A stretch of DNA of 64,000 nucleotides, from contig NC_045697.1 in assembly GCF_009834535.1 (NCBI RefSeq), positions 12,030,001 to 12,094,000 of the forward strand. Direction: 5' to 3'. The notes beneath the pieces were generated by a model, which saw only the letters and a list, made by a program, of their open reading frames with translations, made no database searches and had not been told where the DNA came from. Each line of letters starts with the position of its first letter. The first letter of the stretch is position 1. The position numbers were made by a program, and so were the translations under genes. The DNA is from Camelus ferus. Taxonomy: Eukaryota. Below are positions 12,328-25,589 of the stretch, piece after piece.

Positions 12328-13131
12328 GTATAGATAACTTTTTCACATTAATTTTCTGCTGTTAGTAATCATCTCAACTGAACCTTGTTTTCTTAACTTA
12401 GCTACCAGAATATATTCACTTCGGAGAGATTTTTAACAGTACCATGAATTAATATGAAAATAATATTTTTCTGCCTGTTCCTTTTTATTTTGGACTGTGA
12501 AAGACTTCATTGAACTTTAATTATTGTAGCTAGGACTTTAGTTGATTTGCTCCCTTGTCATGCAAATCTCTGGAATCTAAAGTCTTTCTTCCTTGCCAGG
12601 GAAACTTGCCTTCCAGTGGTTTCCTTCTGTTTGTTTTTGTCTTGAATGGTTTAGAAAAGGAAAATGCATCTTTCCCTTGTGTATGGAAGACTCATGACCT
12701 TTCTGATGTTGGGAAAATAATTTCTATGGTAACAATACCATCATACACATATTTTTTAAAGTTTAATTACTCTTTTGTTTTTAGAAATTTTCTTATTGAA
12801 ATGAAATACTAAAGTTATATACCTAGCAACGTTTAAAGCTTTCAGCTGTCTTTTTTAACAGTTGTATTTGATAGACTTCTAGACATTAAGAAGCCTGTGG
12901 AACATACAAGAGGGAAATGTCAGTTATGGCAGTTGTATATATGAATCTGAAACTTAGAAAATAGTTGGACTAGCTCATAAATAGTAAATGGAGTTGTATG
13001 GCTGGATAAGGTTGTGCAGGGAATGTATATAGAGACACCATGGCTTAGACAAAAAGCCCTGAAAAGCAAACATTCAAGGGACAGATGGAAGATATTCTTA
13101 CTAATGCTGAATATTTTGTGTTCCATTTTAG

Positions 13132-13242
13132 AATGATGCTGAAACGCTACAAAAGTGTCTTATTTTGTGCCATGAACTGTTGAAGCAGATGTCTACTTCA
13201 GCAGGTATAGGTGCAACCATGAATGGCATCATTGAATCCTTG
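13132..13242 (+). CDS. NCAPG: NCAPG exon 12, 111 nt
   Basis: attttag|AAT...TTG|gtatgt; NDAETLQKCLILCHELLKQMSTSAGIGATMNGIIESL. Confidence 0.96.
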
Positions 13243-13759
13243 GTATGTTTGGTGCCCTTTGAGGCTTTATTTTAGCCCAGTCCTTCCTCTTTTTATAAGT
13301 AATAATATTCTTTGGAGTTCATAAGAATGAAAAGACCATTTTTAACATCTGATAAATATAAATGGTAAAAAAAAAAAATATATATATATATAGTATATAC
13401 ACATACATATATATATAGTGGCTGCTTCATATTGTGAGGATTAAATTAAGATAATGCATGTAAAGGAGCTGGTATATAAGTTATAATTATTCCTTAAGAA
13501 ACTTTGAAAAAATTATTTTATGCTGGAAAGAGATGCAGGATATCTTCATTTTTTGAATGGTAAGAGGAAGTAGACACATCAAGAATACTTATGTACCAGA
13601 ATCTTCCTAACATAGAAGGACTATAAGATTACATTTTAAGCCCTGTGAAAGGAATTTGTTTGTTACTATATATTTAAAAGAGTTTTTACTAAAGTAACCC
13701 TTCATAGATAATCTCCATTTAACTGACCAGAGGGGCATAAATACTGAAAGCCTCTAGAA

Positions 13760-14043
13760 CAACATTGTCTGGTAGAAATACAATGCAAACCACATGTAAC
13801 TTTAAATTTTCTAGTTGCCACGTTTAAAAAATTAAAAAGGAACACATGAAATTTATTTTAATATATTTAACTCATATACCCCCAATATTATGATTTCATC
13901 TTTTACTCAGTTTTAAAACTACTGAGATATTTTACATTCTGTTCTTCATACTAAGTCTTAAAGCACATCTCAGTCTGGACTAGTCACATTTCCAGTGTTC
14001 AGTAGCCACTTGTGGTCAGTGGCTACAGTATTAGACATGCAGC
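13760..14043. mobile_element. hAT element, MER33-like
   Basis: CACATGTAACTTTAAATTTTCTAGTTGCCAC...CAGTAGCCACTTGTGGTCAGTGGCTACAGTATTAGAC is typical MER33/MER3 sequence. Confidence 0.7.
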
Positions 14044-14857
14044 TTTAGAATATTTTTTTTAATAGTGCAACTTAGCAAATACTGAATGTATCTAAACTCT
14101 TCCTGGATTCTCTCCAAATTGTTTTTACTTGGGATTAGTGGAAAACAGCCAAAGACTATGATCTAAAATCTAGTTCCTTGGGTTGTCATGAGTTTCTAAA
14201 TGTAGTAAAGAGGACTAATTACTGTTCACAACAGTCTAGAGCTATTTAAAGCTGGATCTATTAAACTATTAGAATTCAGTTTTATTTTTAATGAAGCAGA
14301 TGTCTGTAGTGAAAAGTGATGCTTTTAAAGTTCTGCTTTTGTGCTTTATGTCTGGTCCTATTGCAAGAGAATGATAAATTATGATAATTAATAATTACAC
14401 AATTGTAATACATATGAAGACTTAAATATATGTGGGAAAACATGCAGTACCCAGGGAAGAAAGAATACAAAATTGAATAGTCATAATGATTTTAGAGGGA
14501 TGTAAATGAGTAAGATATTTAGATAGAGGAGTTATAATATTTTAATGAAATTACTGTACTTTAAATACAAATCATAAATTTTAAGTGAACAAATATTTAT
14601 TGAATATCTACTGTATTCTCAATGTTGGGGATAGACTATACATGGTATACAAAATACATGTAGACTGCCCTTGTGGATCCTCTGGTCAGGTGAGGAGGGA
14701 TATCAATCAAAAAAGGAAAGCTTAAGTCATTGATGATTGCTATGAAGAAGAGCTGTATGGTCATATGTGAACTTATGATAGTGGGATTTCATTTGTTCAT
14801 GGAAGGTGTCCTTGAGCTGATATTTGAGTAGATATTTAGAGGGACGAATGATCTAGA

Positions 14858-15171
14858 CCCACTCTCTCCAATATGGTAGCCATCAGCCACATGTGGATAT
14901 TACAAACCTGTGGCTATTAAAAACTGGTCCAAACTAAGATGTCCTAGAAATGTAAAAATATGTTGGATTCAAAGACTTAGTACAAACAACAGAATGTAAA
15001 TTATCTCAGCTTTTAAATATTGACTACATGTTGCATTGATGTTTTATTTATACTGAGTAAAATAAAATATATTAAAATTAGTTTCACCTGTTTCTTTTTA
15101 CTTTATAATGTGGCTACTAGAATATTTAAAATGACATGTTACTTGCATTATACTTCTTGTGGACAGCATTG
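14858..15171. mobile_element. hAT element, MER33-like, opposite orientation to 13760-14043, nested in L2
   Basis: CCAATATGGTAGCCATCAGCCACATGTGG...AATGTGGCTACTAGAATATTTAAAATGACATG is a reverse-complement match to the previous copy. Confidence 0.65.
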
Positions 15172-15568
15172 AATAAGAGGCATTGAAATCAGATCAACTG
15201 AATAAGCAAAGAGCAAGGGATAGCATGGTATAAGATAATACTGGGAAGGACTGCACAATGGGGTATATGATATGTCATGTTAAGGATTTTCATCTTTTCT
15301 GAGGGCATTGGGAAACCATTGAGTCAGTTTTGGCGGATGGAGGGAAGGTATCTCATGATCAGAGTGTATTTTGCTCTGTTCTTCTGTTTTAGTAATTTAA
15401 TATTACCTTTTTTTAAACCAGAAATTAACTTCTTTGAGTTAATAAACAATGTAGAAATGAAGTAGATCTGTGAAATATATGGAAATTATCATTTTAACCA
15501 ACTTTTTAATATACTATTATAAATATCTTGTCCTGATCAAAATTATTTTAATTTCTAATTCATTTTAG

Positions 15569-15688
15569 ATTCTTCCTGGAATAATAAGTGTTCATCCTAT
15601 AGTAAGAAATCTGGCTGTTTTGTGCTTGGGATGCTGTGGACTACAGAATCAGGATTTTGCAAGTAAACATTTTGTATTACTATTGCAG
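15569..15688 (+). CDS. NCAPG: NCAPG exon 13, 120 nt
   Basis: cattttag|ATT...CAG|gtagga; ILPGIISVHPIVRNLAVLCLGCCGLQNQDFASKHFVLLLQ. Confidence 0.96.
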
Positions 15689-15914
15689 GTAGGATTTATC
15701 TTTTGATAAAATCTTGATTCTACTGCCTTAAATAAATCTATGGTGATAATGCCAGTATTATAAATTTAATCTATTCCAGGGCTTACTGACAATGATGATA
15801 ATTATGGATGACTTTTAGGGACTTGATTTTTATCTTTTGATTTTTTTATTAAAACTTCTTTGTAGACAAAAGATGAAATGTCAGTTATTTAAGGTATTTT
15901 TAAGATTAATTATG

Positions 15915-17830
15915 TAGCAGATATTTATTGAATGCATATTAAATGCCCAGCATTATTCTAGACTTAGAAAAAAAAATAAGATAGGTAATGAAAAAACCAA
16001 AAGTTGCTGTCCTAAGAGAGCTTACATTTTAGAAGAAGAAACATATGATGAAAAATGAACAATATATAGTATGTCAGACAGAAAAAAGATAAAGCAGAGA
16101 AGGGGAATGAGGACTGGGAATAGGGAGAGGGAGCAGTTTGAGAAAGACCTTACTAATAAGTCAAAATTTGAGCCATTACCAGAGGGAAATGAGAACGAGC
16201 CATGTAGATATCTTGGTAAGACGTTTCCAAAGAGAGGGAAGAGCGGGGATGGGGCCCTGCAGTAGGCCTCTGCTTCTTGTGTTCAAGGAGCAGGAGCTCA
16301 TATGGCTAGGTCAGACTGGGCAAAGGGAGACTAGTAGGAGAATGGGTTTGCAGACAGCAGAACAACCATGTCTTCTAGAGACTTACAGTCTGTAAAGATG
16401 TAGCTTTCACAGCGAATGAGATGGGAAGGAATGGGAAAATTTTGAGTAGAGGATTTTTATAATCTGACTGGATGAAATGTTGGTGTAGACCAAGGGTTGG
16501 GAAACCTTTTCTATAAAGGGCTAGAGAGTAAAATACGGACTTTAGACCATATGGTCTGTCTGAACTACATCTCTGCTGTGATAGTGTGAAAACATCCATA
16601 GATGATACATAAACGAATAAGAATGATTGTAGTTCAATAAAGCTTTATTTATGGACCCTGAAATTTGAATTTCATATAATTTTAGCATATGATGAGATGT
16701 TATTTTTTAACCATTTAAAAATGTACAACTGTTCTTCCCTTGGAGGCAGTATAAAACAGGCAGCAGACAGGATTTGGCCAATGAGTCATAGTTTGCAGAT
16801 CCCTAATATTAACTATAGGGATACACATTCGAAAGCAGAGAAGGTCCTACATAAGGAAGATACTACAATAATCCAGGAAAGAGATCATGGTGACTTGGAC
16901 CAGTGTTGTGCTTATGGGAGTCATGAGAAGTGGTAATATAAATTTGGAGATGATGTCTGTAGAATTTGCTGAGGAGTCTGATGTGGCATGTGAGAGAAGG
17001 AAGTGGAATAAAACTGAGGATTTTGTCCAGAATAACAGAAAAGATGGAACTGCTCTTTCCTGTGAGGGGGAAACAGAGGGATAGGTTTTATGGCAGGTGG
17101 GTGAAATAGGAGTCCAGTTTGGGGCATGGTAAGTTTGAAGTTTGAGGTTCAAGTGGATATATTGAATAGGCATTTGTATCTGAGTTTGGAGATAGGAGAG
17201 AAGCCCAGGCTGGGGAGATGAATCTAGAAGTTTATTCTATAATAGTATCCAGTGCCTAGAGACTGGATGTTACCTGACAAATGATTATAGATTGAGAAGA
17301 GATCTCAACTTTGTAGTTCCCTGGGGCTCAGGCAACATTAAAAGTAAGGGGGTTGAAGAAGAAGCAGTAAAGACTAAGGTGAAGTTGACAGTAAGGAGAG
17401 AGTATGATGTCCTAGAAGGCAAATGAAGATGATTTTTCAAGAAACTAGGATGACCCAACTGTCTAATGCTGGTGACAAGTTGATAAGGATTCACAGTGGA
17501 CCATTTTAGGCAAGTAAGGAAGTGTTTGGTGACTTTCATGCTAATAGTTTATGTGGAGGGCAAAGCCTCGTGGAGTGAGCTGAAGTGAGAATTAAGGGAG
17601 AGGAATTGGAGACAGCCAGTGTAGACTGCTCTTTCACGATTTTATTTTGTTAGGAGTAACAGAGAATTGGAGTGGTAGCAAGAGAAATATGGGGTAAAAA
17701 GAAAAGTCTTTTGGTTTTGTTTGAATGTTTCTTAAGATGGAGAAAATTATAGCATGTTTGTATCCTAAGGAGAATGACCCATTTGAAAGGAAAAAACTGA
17801 CAATATAGGGAAGAGAGAAGAGCTGCTAGA
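15915..17830 (-). mobile_element. LINE-2 remnant, interrupted by MER58B
   Basis: Starts at the L2 3' end motif ATATTTATTGAATGC and continues through purine-rich L2-like text (AATCCAGGAAAGAGATCATGGTGACTTGGACCAG; GAGTCCAGTTTGGGGCATGGTAAGTTTGA). Confidence 0.7.
16490..16805 (+). mobile_element. MER58B-like hAT element with terminal inverted repeats
   Basis: Starts CAAGGGTTGGGAAAC and ends GTTTGCAGATCCCTA; internal CTGAAATTTGAATTTCATATAATTTT. Confidence 0.75.
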
Positions 17831-17869
17831 GTGCTACTGGTAGACAAGGGGGGTTAAATCTGGTGCCCC

Positions 17870-19783
17870 GGGGGATGCATTTGACCTTTTAACTTCTTTG
17901 GCTGTCTGTTTTTAACATTTGGGCCTAGCTTTAATTGGAAAATAAACCTCCCCTCACTTCCCCATGTAAAAAGACAATGTGATTTGTGTAGCATCTTGGT
18001 GTTGCCAAATGTGATAGGATAAAAAACCTGCAAGGAGTTGTAGTGTGAACTACCAACAGGCAGATGGGAGTGCTTTGTGTGTTCGCCTTGAAAATAACAT
18101 GTGACATGGATTATCATTTTCATGAAGATTATTTTAAAAGACTGAAGTCAACCAATAGCTGATTTTTCTCCCAACATTAATGAAGCATCCTTTAGTGTTG
18201 CTTATGACATTGCCAAGAAAAAGAGAATACACAATTAGAGAGAACTTGGTAGTCATGTGTTTTGGAAATGGTCAAACTGCTTGTGGCTTGTGTCAAAGGA
18301 AGAAAATTAAAACCATACTTTTGTCAAAAGACAATCTTTAGGAATTTCAGGGTTTTAATTTCCTTGGCATCTAATCAATTCATTTAATGTGCAAGGATTA
18401 AATTCCTAATGCTGTTTTTTTTTGTATTTATCATCCCATGCTTGTTATCAAAGAACATTTTCTGTTATTTTGAGATCTTTTTGGAAACTTGGAATGTAAA
18501 CTATTATCTTTAAGATGGTGTACGTGTTCTTTTCAAACTGAAGAAAAATCTTGGTACTTAATTCAGGTGAATCATTCAGAGTGCTTCACCATACATCTGG
18601 TTTTGCTTCATTCATCAAGATGTAGAATGAATCTTCCTATGTTATACAGAGTTATTTCTTCTTATATCAGCCAAGTATTAGCATCAGTGATTCTGCTACT
18701 AATTCGAAAAGGAGTCGTTTACTATTGTGAAATTTATTGGCTTTATAGATGCCTAGGAAATAAAATCCTACATTTTCAGAGAGTCTTCTTTTTTTTTTTT
18801 TTTTGCTAAGAAATTAAAACAGTGGGTTCTCTATTTCAGTTTCCTGGTTTTCTAGAGGATGGATTGTGAACTGCTAGGCTGACCCTTGGTCATTACTTTT
18901 TTTTTAAATGAAAGAAAAATCTTACTAGAACATTTGATAGTGAAGAGTTCATTTATTTCTAGTTTACTAAGTGTAGAAGTGTTTTGGGCTCTAAAAACGG
19001 GGTGAAACATTCCTTACGAAGCCCTATATACCATTATGAATGCTTCTGAAAAATTGTAAGTTGTTGTAATCAAGTTAGAAGTCTTGACGGAGGAGATTGG
19101 AGGTAGACAACTGTGCAGAATTTCTAGTTCTACAGCAAAAGAAATACTGTAGAACTCTTTCCAAAAATATGTAAGTTCACGTGACCTTTAAAGACGAAAT
19201 GTGGATTTTGATATTTTTAATTTTTGTTGACATAACGTCAGTAATAAGTATTTTGGTCATTTCAGACAGAAGAAATGTAATAAGAATTTAGTGCTTGAGA
19301 GTGTCCTAGAGCACTGGGAAGTGATTTAGTACTAACTCATCCCCCACTTGACAGAGAAAGCTGTAGGAGCTTTGATACTCTCTGCTCCTGTAGAATTTTC
19401 TGTAATGAAAAGGAATTGTCAAAATCAAGTTCATGTGAAAGATAAATGAATGTTCAAGACCAAACCATAATTGTACCTTCTTTCAGATCAAAACAGTCAA
19501 TAGCAGCTTTGTCATGGAATTAAAATTTTTAAAAATTAAAGTTTACCTTTCCTTTTTTTTTTTAACTTTAAGCAACTTTTATCTCTGAACTTTTTTTCAG
19601 AATGTCTGAAAAAGATAGATATAATTTTGTAAATTAAAAATTTTTGTGAAAGATACTATATACAAATGCAGTAAAATAAATTTTATGTGGAATTTTGCCT
19701 GTTTTGTATGTTATTCTTGAGTAGAGTTTTAAGCTTTTATCAGGTCCTCAAAGGGTTTCACAATCAACAGAAGTTAACCACTG
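17870..19783 (+). mobile_element. Fossil autonomous hAT-Charlie DNA transposon with transposase remnants
   Basis: From 18182 it translates EASFSVAYDIAKKKRIH(fs)TIRENLV, resembling Charlie/ZBED5-type EASYxVAxxIAKxKKPHTIGExL. From ~19393 it gives EFSVMKRNCQNQVHVKD (hATC-like). It ends in the Charlie-type CTCAAAGGG...AAGTTAACCACTG. Confidence 0.65.
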
Positions 19784-19989
19784 AATGGTTATTGAATTAT
19801 CTTTATAAAGATATTTTCACGACTATCATTGAAAGATTTTAGATGAAGGGAAAAGAGCTGTATTTTGGAGGAGTAAGAAATCAGTTCTTTTTTTAATCCA
19901 GTTTCAGTAATAAAAATTGATTTAAGAAATATATACATATTTGTTGGAAAGGGAGGAGAGGGAAATTATTTCATTTTAAAATCTTTCTT

Positions 19990-20345
19990 AAATAAATATC
20001 CAGTATTGAGAACTATTGCTATCCAGTAAGGGACTGGGCAGGGCGTGAAAAACCAAGATGCTCTTGAGAGAGTAGCATGTTTAGAATTTGTAGAGAATAG
20101 TCATGACAGTACCTTCTCATAAATAAGCATTTGACTTTGGTGGATATGCAAGTTTTGCTATAAGAAAATAAATATCCAGTATTGAGAACTAATGCTATCC
20201 AGTAAGGGACTGGGCAGGGCGTGAAAAACCAAGATGCTCTTGAGAGAGTAGCATGTTTAGAATTTGTAGAGAATAGTCATGACAGTACCTTCTCATAAAT
20301 AAGCATTTGACTTTGGTGGATATGCAAGTTTTGCTATAAGAAAAT
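19990..20345. repeat. 176-bp direct tandem duplication, two copies, one mismatch
   Basis: 19990-20169 equals 20166-20345 except T20016 versus A20192; a shared AAAT lies at the junction. Confidence 0.97.
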
Positions 20346-21173
20346 GTGAAATAGATGTGTCTTGAAATTTCCTTCGAAGTTTTGTAATTTTGAGCCATTT
20401 TTCTTCATTCTTTAATTTGACCAACTTGAAGGTGATTTTTATTTATTCTAAAGGCTAAGCTATATAGCCAAGTAGTTTGTCAATTACCAAAATTTAAGTT
20501 AGAATATGATACATCTCTTCGTAAGAGAAATATTCAACTTTTTTTCCATAGCTTTGAAATTTGATATGTAGGAATTCAGTTTTCTTAACTCAGGATAGAC
20601 ACATAAAAACTGCTAGGTTTTATGGTTCACTTCCTTTTATAAAGGAGTTCAGTTCATTCAAAGCTGAATTCACTGTTAATGAAATCTGAATATATTGAGC
20701 TAATAAGAAAAATTTATCTTTAATGAAACTTCATAACCTAGAGGAATACTGATGTTCTGATGAATGTTTTTCATCAGTTAGAATGCAATGTTTTTGTCTT
20801 GATAGATGGCCCCTAACAATTATAATATATTGAACAGTTTTTCTAGATCTTAAAAAATGACAAAATCATAATTGAACATGTACATTTTAAATATATGAAA
20901 GGGACAAATAATATAATTCAGCTTGACTCTAGTTCAGGAATATTTTTGACTGAAGATGAACTTTTTCTGAAGGAAATAAAACTAAATGTTATGGTACAAA
21001 TAAATAAAAACTGCAACTTTAAAATGAAGATTTTAATTGTTTTGAGAAATATTACGTAAACCTGCTACTGTTGTTGAAATTAGACTAAGAATAAGATATT
21101 TGTTAATTTCATGTGGTGTAAACAGAATAAAAGTATACTTAATTTACTTTTGGTGGGGGATGTTTCAATTTAG

Positions 21174-21401
21174 GTTTTGCAAATTGATGATGTGACAATA
21201 AAAATAAGTGCTTTAAAGGCAATCTTTGACCAGCTGATGACATTTGGATTTGAACCATTCAAAACTAAAAAAATCAAAGCCCTTCAAAATGAAGGGACAG
21301 AAATAAACACTGATGAAGAGCAAGAGTCAGAAGAATCTGAAGAAGAGTCTGCTACAGCCAAGAATGTTTTGAGACTACTTTCTGATTTCTTAGATAGCGA
21401 G
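21174..21401 (+). CDS. NCAPG: NCAPG exon 14, 228 nt
   Basis: atttag|GTT...GAG|gtaaga; VLQIDDVTIKISALKAIFDQLMTFG...acidic loop...LSDFLDSE. Confidence 0.96.
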
Positions 21402-21829
21402 GTAAGAAATAATCGTAGCCCTATTATTATGAAATGTCATTTTCAGCATGTGTATATTTATACTGTGTATATTTTTAGGCTGAAATTCATGTTGGCCAAC
21501 ATTTAAACAGTTTGCCTTTTGAATATCATAATTAAATCCTACTTTCCCTTCTGATATACCTCATTTCTTACTATCAGATTACATGTATAGAGAATTGACA
21601 TGTAAACAAGCATGAAATGACTATTGGGGTGTTGTTACTTTTTCATCTTTTTTTTCTCTGTCTTTGTGATCTATGACTTAAAAGTTTTTTCCCCAGGAGT
21701 CTTAAATAATCTAAAATAATTTTAACATTAGGTAAGTGGAAGTTCTAAAATACAGTGTGTGATTAATCTCTTTCCTTAAGGTTGTCATGAACTACATTTT
21801 TATACCATATATAAACATTTAAATTCTAA

Positions 21830-22610
21830 ATTTTTTTATTCAGGTGAAATTGACATAGCATAAACTAACAATTTTAGAGTGAGCAATTCATTGACAGTAC
21901 ATGAACAAGATAGTTCAACCACTGCTTCTATCTAATTTTTAAGACATTTTCCTCATACCAAAAGGAAACTACCCATTAGGCAGTTGCTGTAGATTTTCTA
22001 GCCCCTGACAACCACCAGTGTGCATTTTGTCTCTATGGATCTATCTCTTCTGGATATTTCGTATAAGTGGAATCATAAAGTGTGTGACCCTGTGTCTGCT
22101 TTCTTTCACTTAGCTTGTTTTCAAGGCTCATTTATGTTGTGGCTTATGTCAGTACTTCATTCCGTTTTACTGCTGAACAGTATTCCATTTTATGTATATA
22201 GCCATTCATCCCTTGAAGGATATTTGGGCTGTTTCCACCCTTTGACTATTGTGACTAGTGATGCTATAAGATGTGTTTGTCTGAGTAGCTGTTTTCAGTT
22301 CTTTGGGGGTGTATTTCTAGAAATGAGATTTCTGGGTCATATATTAACTCTTTTTTTGTTGTTTCTAGGATTCTGTCCCTGCTCCTGGTCTCAACTAGAT
22401 GATTAATGCATCCTCATATATTTATCTTTTTTTTTTAAGTGAGAAAATTTAAGTTCTACTCTCAGCAAATTTCAGTGATATAATAGTGATCAGCTATAAT
22501 CACCATGTTTTACATTAGGTCTCAGGAACTTATTTTTCCTTCCTCCCTCCCTCCCTTCCTTTACATATAATAGAACTTAGAATCTTATAACTGAAAGTAT
22601 ACCCCTTTAA
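21830..22610 (-). mobile_element. Old LINE-1 3' end fragments (L1MB/L1MA-like)
   Basis: TTTGTCTCTATGGAT..CTTCTGGATATTTCGTATAAGTGGAATCATA and AAATTTAAGTTCTACTCTCAGCAAATTTCA are antisense L1 3'UTR motifs. Confidence 0.75.
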
Positions 22611-23280
22611 TATCTCCTTTTTGTATATGAAAAAAACTGAGGCTAATACAAAGAAATTAAGTAATATATATATAGGACTGGGTCACGCAACTAGGAAGCA
22701 GAGGCTTGGATTTAATTCTCTGTCAATAACCAGTATTTTTAACTACCACTCATTTATACCTGTACCTCCATTTGAATACCACTACATCTTCTTTCCCATT
22801 TTCTTCTCTAGGTTTGTTTTGGTTACTCTTTCTCAGAATGCCTTTTCCCACTTGTTCACCTTCTGTTCACATTTTACCCCTCATTCACACACATTGCCAC
22901 TCTCGCCTCTGGAGCTTTCATTTCTAGGCCTTCTCTGATAGCAGAGACCATTGCTGACGGCTTTCTATATCTTAGCACCATGATAGTGTTTAATATATAT
23001 TGTTTTGATTTCTGGTTTTACAATATTATGAGATATTTTGGTTCTTCTAAAGAATTTAAAGGGAATTGAAGTTTCATAGCTAGACTAGTAATTTGTCATG
23101 TTAGCCTAAACCTAATAGGGGGAAACAAAATCTTTGTATGTGCCTTTAAAAAATTACTAATATCATGAGTGATTTTGGGTAATTTATGTAAAAATACCAT
23201 AGGACAGGCTACAGTGTAAAGCTTAATTAAAAAGGAAGTACAAATAAAAAATTTCTTTTAACGAAAGTCATTTTTATTAG

Positions 23281-23462
23281 GTGTCTGAACTCAGGACAGG
23301 AGCTGCAGAAGGACTAGCCAAGCTGATGTTCTCCGGGCTTCTGGTCAGCAGCAGGCTTCTCTCTCGCCTTGTCTTGTTGTGGTATAACCCTGTGACTGAG
23401 GAGGATGTTCGACTCCGACACTGCTTAGGCGTGTTCTTCCCCATGTTTGCTTATGCAAGCAG
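23281..23462 (+). CDS. NCAPG: NCAPG exon 15, 182 nt
   Basis: ttattag|GTG...GCAG|gtatat; VSELRTGAAEGLAKLMFSGLLVSSRLLSRLVLLWYNPVTEEDVRLRHCLGVFFPMFAYAS (Cnd3 C-terminal domain). Confidence 0.97.
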
Positions 23463-23734
23463 GTATATAGTCATACTGATAAATCAAAATCTGACTTAAG
23501 TTCAGGCTCCCCATGACTCATATCTAGTTTGTTAACTCTTTTCTTCCAGTGGTAAGTAAGGAAATGAGAACTTATTAGATTCTACCTACCTGAATTATTT
23601 TGTTCTTTCCTAAACATGTACTCCATCTTGATGGGGTGAATTTGATATATAATGGGGTTTTTTGTTTATTTTGTTTTGCTTTTTTAAGAATCATGCTTTT
23701 TCTTGCTAACATACTTCAAATTATTTTTCAATAG

Positions 23735-23909
23735 GACTAATCAGGAATGTTTTGAAGAAGCCTTTCTTCCAACTCTACAAACACTGGCTAATGCCCCGGC
23801 ATCTTCTCCTTTAGCTGAAATAGATATCACTAATGTTGCTGAGTTACTTGTAGATTTGACAAGACCAAGTGGATTAAATCCTCAGGCCAAGGATTCCCAA
23901 GATTATCAG
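23735..23909 (+). CDS. NCAPG: NCAPG exon 16, 175 nt
   Basis: caatag|GACT...CAG|gtgggt; TNQECFEEAFLPTLQTLANAPASSPLAEIDITNVAELLVDLTRPSGLNPQAKDSQDYQ. Confidence 0.96.
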
Positions 23910-24084
23910 GTGGGTGAGTGTGTTAGCCTGTGTATGGATGGTAAGGATGGTACCCTGCATGCAGGTTACTGTTGTTTTGGTAAAATAATCCCTCGCATAG
24001 ATTCTTTGAAACAGAGAGAAGCTACATGTTGATCTTAGGTTTCTGGTTTATATGGTGGCACATAACAAAGTAAACAAGAAACAC

Positions 24085-24470
24085 AGATCTTTTGCAGCTA
24101 CATGGGTAGACCTAGAGGGTATTATGCTTTGTGAAATAAGCCAGACAGAGAAAGATAAATACTTTATCACTTATATGTAGATTCTAAAAAGTAAAATGAA
24201 TGAATATAATAAAAACACAGATACAGAGAACAAACTAGGGGTTACCGGTGGGGAGTCAGAAGAGGGGAGGGACAAGATAGAGATGGGGGTTAAGAGGTAC
24301 AAACTGCTATGTAAAAAATAAATAAGCAAGGAGGATATATTCTACAGCATAGGAGAATACAGCCCATATTTTATAATAACTTTAAATGGAGCATAATCTA
24401 TAAAAATATTCAATCACTCTCTTGTACATTTGAAACTAATGTAATACTGTTGGTCAGCTATACTTAAAAA
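24085..24470 (+). mobile_element. LINE-1 3' end fragment
   Basis: TTTGCAGCTACATGGGTAGACCTAGAGGGTATTATGCTTTGTGAAATAAGCCAGACAGAGAAAG...; similar to 3024-3450. Confidence 0.85.
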
Positions 24471-25589
24471 AGATCTTTTGGGAAATGGGGAGATCGTCAT
24501 ATAAAAACAGAAGTAATCAATGCTAACATTTTTGCTGCTGAAAAGAAGTTACCAAAATTCATCATCCTTATTGTCTGCTCCTCACCTACCACTGGCTGTT
24601 AATCATTCTGAATAATGAACTGTTATGTAGGACTCATTGAGTCCTCAATTGTTGGTTTACCTGCTATGTTTCTGATAGAAGGAGAATTCAAAGAATGAAA
24701 CTCATCTTAAGCTTAGTCTTGTTTTTAATACAAAGAAGATAAATTGAGTGCATACTCTCCCACAAATTAAATGTAAGCTGGTTTTTAACCCTTTAATATC
24801 ACCTGATCAGACATTCACCATATTGAAAATTAATGTGTTATTAATGATTTTAGATGCCAACTGATTAAGTTGAAAGTACTGGTCTTCTGTTTTAATTGAT
24901 TTTTAGTGGCTGCATACTTCATTCAAGTTATTATGTTACATATCACTGGAAAGAAGATTACAAATGATATTAAAGCAAAATACAGTAAGGGTCAGTGATA
25001 CAGCTACAAAGCACTTTAGCACTCCAGAAGATGGCAGGGTTCACGTGGGAGGGGTGATGAGTACAGCATTATTAGTTCTAAAACTCACCCAGTAAAATTT
25101 ACTTAGGCCTTGTTGGGATTTGGGGAGTGATTTGAAGAGAGAAAAAGACTTTTAGTAAAGGTGATTAAATGTAGCTGGTTGTCCAAGTCATGTTGGGGAA
25201 CTACGGGAAAAATCATTCCAGCTGAGGATCCTGAATGGGCTCTTAGGGCAGAACATTAGGATAGGGAATTTGGAGTTGATCCTGTTTGCATGGTGTATAT
25301 GAAAGGGTTAATGGAATGAAAGTTACTTATTAGGAAGGTTGATTTGGTGGTCAGTGTTATTAGGTGAGGTGATTTGGTAAGAGGAATAGAAAGAGAATAT
25401 TAATAAATAAAGCAGTTAAAAATCTGTATAATTAGGAGATAAACATTTACAGAAAAAGAGTAAAAGGAAGTAGTAGTGAAAGCAGAAAGAAAAAATAGCA
25501 GAAATTGACATAGAAAAAAGTTGCGGGTACAAAAGCCTAGAAGATAGAGCTTTGTGAGGCAAGGGAGATGGAGGAATCCAAGATAACTC

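Noticed and set aside
19990..20345. Duplication as a CRISPR-like or satellite array, or any prokaryotic-type system
   Set aside because: Only two adjacent copies with no spacers. The window is clearly mammalian intron/exon DNA, and I found no tRNA, rRNA or CRISPR features.
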